Shown piece after piece: positions 57,238 to 64,000 of a stretch of DNA of 64,000 nucleotides. Under the pieces are notes generated by a model. The model did no database searches. It was not told the DNA's origin and saw only the letters and a list, made by a program, of their open reading frames with translations. This stretch comes from a bacterium (lineage in GTDB: Bacteria; Hinthialibacterota; Hinthialibacteria; Hinthialibacterales; Hinthialibacteraceae). Position 1 is the stretch's first letter; every line of letters begins with the position of its first letter. The translations under genes were made by a program, and so were the position numbers. The DNA lies in contig CAXXMV010000003.1 in NCBI GenBank assembly GCA_963662285.2, positions 1-64,000 on the forward strand. The letters run 5' to 3'.

Positions 57238-58626
57238 TCAATCTGTTATTCCCTTTTCTGAAACAACTACACGGATGGTATTGAAGAGGATTTTCAGATC
57301 GAGCAGGATCGACATGTTATTTATATAAGCCAGGTCATAGCGTAATTTATGTTCGACGGGTGAATTATAGAAACCGTGTATCTGGGCTAATCCGGTTACG
57401 CCGGGTCTGACTGATTCGCGGATGCCATATAAATGAATATCCGTCTTATATTTTTCCACAAAATGGGGACGTTCCGGTCTGGGGCCGACCAGGCTCATAT
57501 CTCCCTTAAGTACGTTAAATAACTGAGGAGTTTCGTCCAGTCTCCAGCGGCGCAGTATGCGTCCGATTGAAGTGACTCGCGGATCATCCGCCCAAGATTT
57601 TACTGGACCTGTATCAGTTTCAGCGTCGTTGAACATGGTGCGGAATTTATAAATTCGGAAGGGCGCTCCGTCTTTACCAATGCGTGTTTGTCTATAGAAG
57701 ACATCCCCCTCGCTGCTCTTTTTTATTAATAAAGCGATAACAGGAATAACGGGCGCTAATAAAATTATAAAGATAGTTCCAAATACCAGGTCGAAGGCGC
57801 GTTTGCTGAACAACATTAAATCATCGGTTGTCTCTGATTCTACCGTAATGAGGGGAATCCCGGCAACCTGTACTACTTCGACCTGTCCGATAATCACTTC
57901 GTATAATTCAGGCAGCAAACGCACGATGCAGCCGGTTTCCTGGCAAGTGGATAATATGTCTAAAAGTTCCTGGCGGTTCGCCGCCTGACAGGTAACAATA
58001 ATCTCGTCAATTCTATGTTCTTCAACCAAAGACCCTAAATGGCTCATTTTTCCTAATATGGGAGTGTTTGGTCCGGGGCTTTCGATATTGTCATCAATCA
58101 GGCCGATAACTTCATGACCCAAGCGGGAATACTGTTTAATATCCTCCAGAACGCTTTCTCCCAAGGCGCCAGCGCCAACTATCAAAAGACGGGTTTTGTC
58201 ATAAGCCCACTTGCGCCGCCGGGTCAGGTATAGCAAACGCCATGCACAGGCCAGCCACCAACTTAATAAGAAGTTTATCAGTAAGATGTATCGTGAAATC
58301 TGATGCGAGACGTCTTCTTGAAATGCGCCGACGTATAAAATGGCCAGAATCTCAATGAAATGCGCTAAAAGCGAAGCCCAAAAAGTGAAATATATGATAT
58401 CGAACTTAGTCAGATTACGACGGAAATCATAAAGACGGAAATAAAAGAAGGAACTGATTCTAACTACTATAATTGGTATAAAAAGAGTTGTGTATATGCT
58501 CAGATTCTCGGTGCGCAGTTCCTGGAAATGAATCAGGAAAGCCAAAGCGAGAGAGGCTGCAATAGTAGCAATATCAACCGTTATAAATTTCCCGATTGGT
58601 CCTTTGGGCGCTCCTCTTGTTTTCAT
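57238..58626 (-). CDS. Polyprenyl-phosphate sugar phosphotransferase (WcaJ/WbaP family)
   Basis: TM region, IVGAG, KRAFDL, YKFRTM, DDPRVT, LDE-PQLFNVLKGDMSLVGPRPE, RPGVTGLAQ. Confidence 0.93.
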   Translation of the reverse strand: MKTRGAPKGPIGKFITVDIATIAASLALAFLIHFQELRTENLSIYTTLFIPIIVVRISSFFYFRLYDFRRNLTKFDIIYFTFWASLLAHFIEILAILYVGAFQEDVSHQISRYILLINFLLSWWLACAWRLLYLTRRRKWAYDKTRLLIVGAGALGESVLEDIKQYSRLGHEVIGLIDDNIESPGPNTPILGKMSHLGSLVEEHRIDEIIVTCQAANRQELLDILSTCQETGCIVRLLPELYEVIIGQVEVVQVAGIPLITVESETTDDLMLFSKRAFDLVFGTIFIILLAPVIPVIALLIKKSSEGDVFYRQTRIGKDGAPFRIYKFRTMFNDAETDTGPVKSWADDPRVTSIGRILRRWRLDETPQLFNVLKGDMSLVGPRPERPHFVEKYKTDIHLYGIRESVRPGVTGLAQIHGFYNSPVEHKLRYDLAYINNMSILLDLKILFNTIRVVVSEKGITD

Positions 58627-58965
58627 TTATGTTCCCCAACTAATTATTTTAATTAACCAAAATGCTTAATCTTCATTAAAACGAAATGAAAATGAATAGG
58701 TTATGGCGTTTCATGCGTTATAATTATGAATATCACTCTAAACGTTATAAAAAAATTTGAATTATTTTGGTATTGATTTAGTCAATAATGATGACCTTAT
58801 TCGTAATAGAGCGATTATCAGAATTTGTTCGTTTATTACCACGTTTGGTTTTCGTAGAAGCCAATCTTTTCTGGCTTCTACGAATCGCCAATCAGAACAT
58901 TATTATGACAACTACTCTATAAGTTACTCTATCACTCTCCTTCTTTTCACCCAAGCCATTACATT

Positions 58966-61857
58966 TTGAAAGGAAGACAAAATGAGATATTTTTGCTAAG
59001 GTGTATTTGTCCGAATAAGCATTTATTCATTACATCAATTGCATCTTTATCGTTTTATCATTTTAATAATGTTATGATTGATATAAACAAAACTGAAATA
59101 TGCGGTATACCATCCCTTTCCCGGAGGGATGCGTTATATGCGTTTATTTTAATAATCATTGCCGTATCCTTCCATGTTGCCATAGTCTTCGAAGCGCAAA
59201 TACCGCTTGACGAAGATTCGATGCTCTTCTTTTATCCTCTACGGGCCATGCATGGCGATTCGGAAATCGGTTTCTGGAATCCCTATATGTTCTGTGGTTT
59301 TCCCCGTGAAGCCAATCCACAATCACAACTGCTTTATGCTCCCAATCTTATTTTCTATTTTTTCCCTACGCATATAGGTTACGCCATACTGCTGGCCGGG
59401 CATATCATACTGGGCGCTTTGTTGATGGCGTTTCTTTTGCGGGGTTTGAAACTCTCCTCAGAAGCGGCGTTATTCGGTGGATTGACCTTTCTGCTCTGCA
59501 CTTTCTGGAGATGTAAAATAACCAACCTGGGGCTGTTGGAGGGCATTAGCTGGCTGCCTGGCGTTTTATATTTTTATCTATTGGGATTGGAAACAAAAAA
59601 GTGGACTCCCTATATCGCATCAGCCTTGCTGCTAGCTATGGCAATTCTGGCGGGCGTCCCTCATACCGTAGTCTACGCATTGATATTCTTGTCATTTATT
59701 ACGATAGGATACGCCGTTTATCGCCAACAATCCTCTTCTTCACTGTTGGTCGCGCTTTTAGGAACAACTCTTTTATCGGTTATCCTCACAGTTGGAATGT
59801 GGCTGCCTGCGCTGCTTTATCTACCTGAATCCGGTCGAACCTACCTGGAATTATCTAAAGCCCTGGAGGGATCAATCGGATGGGGGGATATTTGGAAAGT
59901 ATTTTTCGGAGGCATGTCGCAACCGGGCATCAGCCGTTGCGAACCCTGGGAAGGAACCTGTTATATCGGGGCCACGGCGTTATTCTTTCTGCCAGTAGGT
60001 TTTTTCAATATGCCCAAAAGGCTTCGTCTGGGATTGGTTTTCGCTTTCATCTTCACTATCCTCTGTACGCTCGGCGCCGAAGGTATGCTCTATCCCTTGC
60101 TTTATAGGTTCTTCCCTGGTTGGAGCACGCTGAATCTTCCCAATCGCTCATTGCTCATAGCCGCTTTATCATTGCCCATTTGCTCCGCCTATGGCTTGCA
60201 AGCCTGGCTTAACCGGGAGGTTCTCTCCAAACAACGTTTATACGCTTTACTTTTTTTCGCTGTAATTTTACTGTCGATTGTAGTTTTCGCTGGTTATTCA
60301 AATCCTCAAACCTGGACGGCTCTAGCGCATTCCGCATTGACTCAGACCTTCAATCCTGATTCGATCACAGATACTCAATGGGCGCTGGTTTCCTTCTCTT
60401 TGTGGACGGCTTTAACTTGTTTATCAGCAGTCATTCTGGTGTATAAAAAGAGCAATAAGTCTTTGATCATCGTTTTATTGCTGGTTCTTTTAATTGCTCA
60501 ATCCGCCTTATATTCTCAAAGGCTTTTTTTACAAACCGGATCACCGGATTTATTCATGAAGCCCCGCAATGTACGTCTGGCGGATAAACAGACCGAACCA
60601 GGGTATCGCGTTTGTAGTTACGTTCCCATGATAGATACTGGGAGCGATGTACGCATGCCTATACTGCGTCCTGCCATGATGCACCGGCTGCCTGAAGTTT
60701 ATCGATTGCCGGAAATACAGGGTTACGATCCTCTATTTCCCAAAAGATATGGCGAACTGGTTCGTCAATGGGCGGATCATTCGACCGCTACAGATAAAAC
60801 CCGCACCATACGGTTGAAAAAACTTCCATCTCGTCTGCTGGATATATTGTCGGTAAGTACGGTTATTGGATACCCCAATCAGGAAATACTCTATACGGGT
60901 AAAGGAGCGGAATTGAATGAACCGGGACGTCTGGGAAGTAAGGCCAAGGCGCCAAAAACAGTTGAATCAGTCATGTTCCGCTGGCTGCTGGCCGGGGCAT
61001 TCAATGCGCCCCATGGCGCTATTGCGGCGCGGGTTAATGTTACTAATGCCAGTGATATTGTCCAGACATTTCCAGTTCGCGTCGGTCAGGATATTGCAAA
61101 TTATATAACCATATATCCTGATCATACCGCCAATCATAAACAAGCCAGGATTTTCAGGTGGTTTCCGGTACCCTCAAAAGCAGGTTATATGTCGGTTAAT
61201 CAATACAGCGCTGTATTTAAGTTAGATAAACCTTCAATGGCTGATGGAGTATTCGTCGATTTTCTATTGCCCAATTCCAAACTGGTAATCATGGAAATAG
61301 ACTTTCTGACTGATGATCATCTAGGATTGCAATTAACTAATGCTGCGTCAGAACTGCCGGTTTATAAGAATCCCACTGTATTTCCCCCGGTCTACCTGAC
61401 CCGTCGTCTGGCGCGGTATGAACGTTTGACTGAACTTATTTCTGGATTTGAGTCATTAAAAGCAGATGAAGAAATCCCGGTATTCTTTCCTGTAGGAGAA
61501 GAAATAGCATTTGAATCTTCGCCTGTTTCCATACCTCGAAGCGAACAGACAACGGTTAAATATAATCGCCTGAATTCTGATATTATTCAGCTCGATACCC
61601 GATCCCAATATGATGGATTCCTGGTTATTACCGAAAACTATTCACCCAATTGGCAGGCGACAGTGGATAATCAGGATGTGAAGATCATGCGCGCCAACCA
61701 TTCCTTCATTGCTATCCCCGTTTCTGCGGGTGAACACGCTATAACGCTGCATTACTTTCCCTGGAATTTCATTATCGCCGTATCTATCGGCGGTATGATT
61801 TTCTGTTGCTTAATTCTTATTCTGGTTATACATCCAAGACATTGGCTGCTGCCATAG
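58966..61857 (+). CDS. YfhO family membrane protein (GT-C-like)
   Basis: WNPYMFCGFP--ANPQ, YIG, QGYDP, ENYSPNWQATVD...RANHSF-AIPV-AG-H; true start probably ATG 59074. Confidence 0.85.
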   Translation: MKGRQNEIFLLRCICPNKHLFITSIASLSFYHFNNVMIDINKTEICGIPSLSRRDALYAFILIIIAVSFHVAIVFEAQIPLDEDSMLFFYPLRAMHGDSEIGFWNPYMFCGFPREANPQSQLLYAPNLIFYFFPTHIGYAILLAGHIILGALLMAFLLRGLKLSSEAALFGGLTFLLCTFWRCKITNLGLLEGISWLPGVLYFYLLGLETKKWTPYIASALLLAMAILAGVPHTVVYALIFLSFITIGYAVYRQQSSSSLLVALLGTTLLSVILTVGMWLPALLYLPESGRTYLELSKALEGSIGWGDIWKVFFGGMSQPGISRCEPWEGTCYIGATALFFLPVGFFNMPKRLRLGLVFAFIFTILCTLGAEGMLYPLLYRFFPGWSTLNLPNRSLLIAALSLPICSAYGLQAWLNREVLSKQRLYALLFFAVILLSIVVFAGYSNPQTWTALAHSALTQTFNPDSITDTQWALVSFSLWTALTCLSAVILVYKKSNKSLIIVLLLVLLIAQSALYSQRLFLQTGSPDLFMKPRNVRLADKQTEPGYRVCSYVPMIDTGSDVRMPILRPAMMHRLPEVYRLPEIQGYDPLFPKRYGELVRQWADHSTATDKTRTIRLKKLPSRLLDILSVSTVIGYPNQEILYTGKGAELNEPGRLGSKAKAPKTVESVMFRWLLAGAFNAPHGAIAARVNVTNASDIVQTFPVRVGQDIANYITIYPDHTANHKQARIFRWFPVPSKAGYMSVNQYSAVFKLDKPSMADGVFVDFLLPNSKLVIMEIDFLTDDHLGLQLTNAASELPVYKNPTVFPPVYLTRRLARYERLTELISGFESLKADEEIPVFFPVGEEIAFESSPVSIPRSEQTTVKYNRLNSDIIQLDTRSQYDGFLVITENYSPNWQATVDNQDVKIMRANHSFIAIPVSAGEHAITLHYFPWNFIIAVSIGGMIFCCLILILVIHPRHWLLP

Positions 61858-62012
61858 AATAATTCTTAATATTATTTATCGAAAAGACTCGAAGTTTGGA
61901 TATCAGTATGGTATTCTATCCAATATAGATAGAATGCCTTGTAGTCATATACTATGGTTAATCAAAGTCTTGAATGGAATGTACTTGATTCTTAGGAATC
62001 TTATATTTTGAT

Positions 62013-63269
62013 ATGAAAATTGATATAGCAAGAAAACAAATAAAGAAATATCTTAATGATAGCCGTGATGATCTTGTTAAACTAACGCAGGACCTATGCC
62101 GTATCTCTACAGAAAACCCTCCAGGGAAAAATTTCAAGCCTTTAACGGTATTCCTTGCGGATCAAATGAAACAGATCGGCTTCAAAACAGATATTATTCG
62201 CGTCCCCAAACAATATCAGCAGCGTTATGCTCCACGGGAAACATGGGATTTACCCCGTTATAATCTGGTCGCTCGATGGGATGTGGGCGCTGGTAAGACG
62301 CTGCATTACAACAGTCATTATGACGTCGTTCCTGTGACAGATGATTGGAAGACTGATCCTTTTGATCCCGTAGTCAAAAGAGGACGCCTTTATGGCCGGG
62401 GAACATCAGATATGAAAGGCTGCATGGCATCATGCATCTATGCCTTCAAAGCTTTGCGCGAATTTGGTTTGATACCCCCATGGAACATTGAAATATCATT
62501 CACCTGTGATGAAGAAATCGGCGGCATGTGCGGCGCCGGGTACATTGTGAAAGAGCGCATCGTTCGCCCTGATGCCGCGGTAATATGTGAAGGCGGCGCG
62601 GGCGCTTCCATTATGATTGGTCATCGGGGCGTCCTGTGGATTGATATCCTGATCAAGGGCGTTGCCGCTCATGGCTCCAATCCGGCAGCTGGAGTCAATG
62701 CATTTGAAAAGGGACTCGATCTGTTGGAAATAATCCGTGAATATCACAAACAATGTCTAAATCGTGAGACTGGATTCACCATGGACCGCAGCAGTGCGCG
62801 GCGACCGAGCCTGACCATTGGCGGCTTATCAGGTGGAGGAACCAAGGTCAATACTATCCCTTCGGATTTTCATTTCACCCTCGACCGCCGTCTAATACCT
62901 GAGGAAAATGTTAAATTGCTTGTTAAAGATTTCAAAAACATAATAGCAAATGCAATGCATTGTGATAAACAATTAAAGGCTAAAATGGATGTGCTGATGG
63001 ATTTTGATGCAGCAATCACGGACTCCAACTCAGGTATTTGTCATACAACTCAAAACGCAGTGCAATATGTTACCGGTAAAACTCCCCGATCATGCATTTT
63101 CGGCGCTTTCACTGATCTGCATTTTTTTACTAACAACGCTGGCTGTCCTTCTATTGGATATGGCGTTGAAGGAGATGGGATTCATGGAAGTCAGGAATAC
63201 GCCAAGGTTAGTTCGCTGAGCGATACCGCCAGGGTTTATGCGGATATCGCTCTGAATATGTGGGAATAG
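62013..63269 (+). CDS. M20 metallopeptidase, ArgE/DapE family
   Basis: NSHYDVVP, GRGTSDMKG, CDEEIGG, AHGS, IHGSQE. Confidence 0.92.
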   Translation: MKIDIARKQIKKYLNDSRDDLVKLTQDLCRISTENPPGKNFKPLTVFLADQMKQIGFKTDIIRVPKQYQQRYAPRETWDLPRYNLVARWDVGAGKTLHYNSHYDVVPVTDDWKTDPFDPVVKRGRLYGRGTSDMKGCMASCIYAFKALREFGLIPPWNIEISFTCDEEIGGMCGAGYIVKERIVRPDAAVICEGGAGASIMIGHRGVLWIDILIKGVAAHGSNPAAGVNAFEKGLDLLEIIREYHKQCLNRETGFTMDRSSARRPSLTIGGLSGGGTKVNTIPSDFHFTLDRRLIPEENVKLLVKDFKNIIANAMHCDKQLKAKMDVLMDFDAAITDSNSGICHTTQNAVQYVTGKTPRSCIFGAFTDLHFFTNNAGCPSIGYGVEGDGIHGSQEYAKVSSLSDTARVYADIALNMWE

Positions 63270-63396
63270 AGTAATATATATAAATTGATTTATATTGATT
63301 TCCAAGCGTAAACACGGCATTCTAAGCTTGTTCATCCCTTGATTAAGAAATATCTGAATCAGCGACCAATAGTATTTATAACAAGGCGGTAGCAGT

Positions 63397-64000
63397 ATGA
63401 AATTGACATCACGTCGGGAATTTATAAAAAAAGGTTTAACAGGTGCAGCCGTTGCCCTTTCATCCGCTAATGCGCTAGCTCAGACCAAAGGTAAATTTAA
63501 TGTACTTTTTATTGCCGTAGATGATCTCAGGCCGCAATTGGGCTGTTATGGTCAAAAACAGATGCACACGCCTAATCTTGATCGTCTGGCGGAGAAGGGA
63601 ATTGTCTTTAACCGTGCTTATTGCCAACAGGCGGTTTGCAGCCCATCACGCACATCTCTTCTAACCGGGCTGCGTCCTGATACAACCAAAATTTATGATT
63701 TGCAAACTCATTTCAGATTAACTATACCTAATGTAGTAACTCTTCCTCAATATTTCAAAAAACATGGTTATCACACTCAAGCCTTAGGTAAGATTTACCA
63801 TGGTGGATTGAATGACTCTTATTCATGGAGCGTGCGCCACTGGCAGCCTACCGGACCCTCTTATAGCGACCCTGGAATCATTCAGGAAATGAACCGGGAA
63901 CTAGAGGCTATCATGGATACCAATAAAGGTCCGGCTGTTGAAATACTAAAACAAGACCCGCAGACCAGTCAGCCTCTCAAGGTTTCCCGCCCCAAATTCC
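63397..64000 (+). CDS. Tat-exported sulfatase (iduronate-2-sulfatase-like), runs off the window end; absent from the ORF track
   Basis: Manual translation MKLTSRREFIKK...NVLFIAVDDLRP...TPNLDRLA...CSPSRTSLLTG (CxPxR) ...GKIYH. Confidence 0.92.
   Translation, partial: MKLTSRREFIKKGLTGAAVALSSANALAQTKGKFNVLFIAVDDLRPQLGCYGQKQMHTPNLDRLAEKGIVFNRAYCQQAVCSPSRTSLLTGLRPDTTKIYDLQTHFRLTIPNVVTLPQYFKKHGYHTQALGKIYHGGLNDSYSWSVRHWQPTGPSYSDPGIIQEMNRELEAIMDTNKGPAVEILKQDPQTSQPLKVSRPKF

Overview
Bacterial chromosomal window, mostly housekeeping and metabolic genes, with several accessory pieces. Lineage is inferred only: a poorly characterised phylum such as Hinthialibacterota/Sumerlaeota-like, judged from the pseudopilin type and the C-terminal tails of secreted proteins. 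Core content: a frameshifted uup, htpG, an HcpR-ferredoxin-HD-hcp nitrosative-stress locus, metY-metX-metW, two convergent sugar-catabolism units, budA-like/HAL2-type phosphatase/DAHP synthase genes, a TRAP transporter, glycosylation genes and a partial sulfatase. Accessory highlights: (1) a complete type II-C CRISPR locus with a compact 991-aa Cas9 (catalytic motifs intact), a readable tracrRNA with its own promoter, and 22 spacers; the repeats embed a sigma70-like promoter and the last repeat is cut by a REP-like element. (2) An Abi_2/AbiF HEPN gene behind a promoter-hairpin RNA-terminator cassette, a candidate RNA-antitoxin module. (3) A shared short C-terminal tail on four unrelated exported proteins, a candidate undescribed sorting signal. 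(4) Three microcompartment vertex genes with no other shell genes in the window. (5) At least five families of intergenic palindromic repeats that appear to bracket, truncate or replace genes, including a nested MITE. All calls come from reading motifs by eye; no database searches were run.
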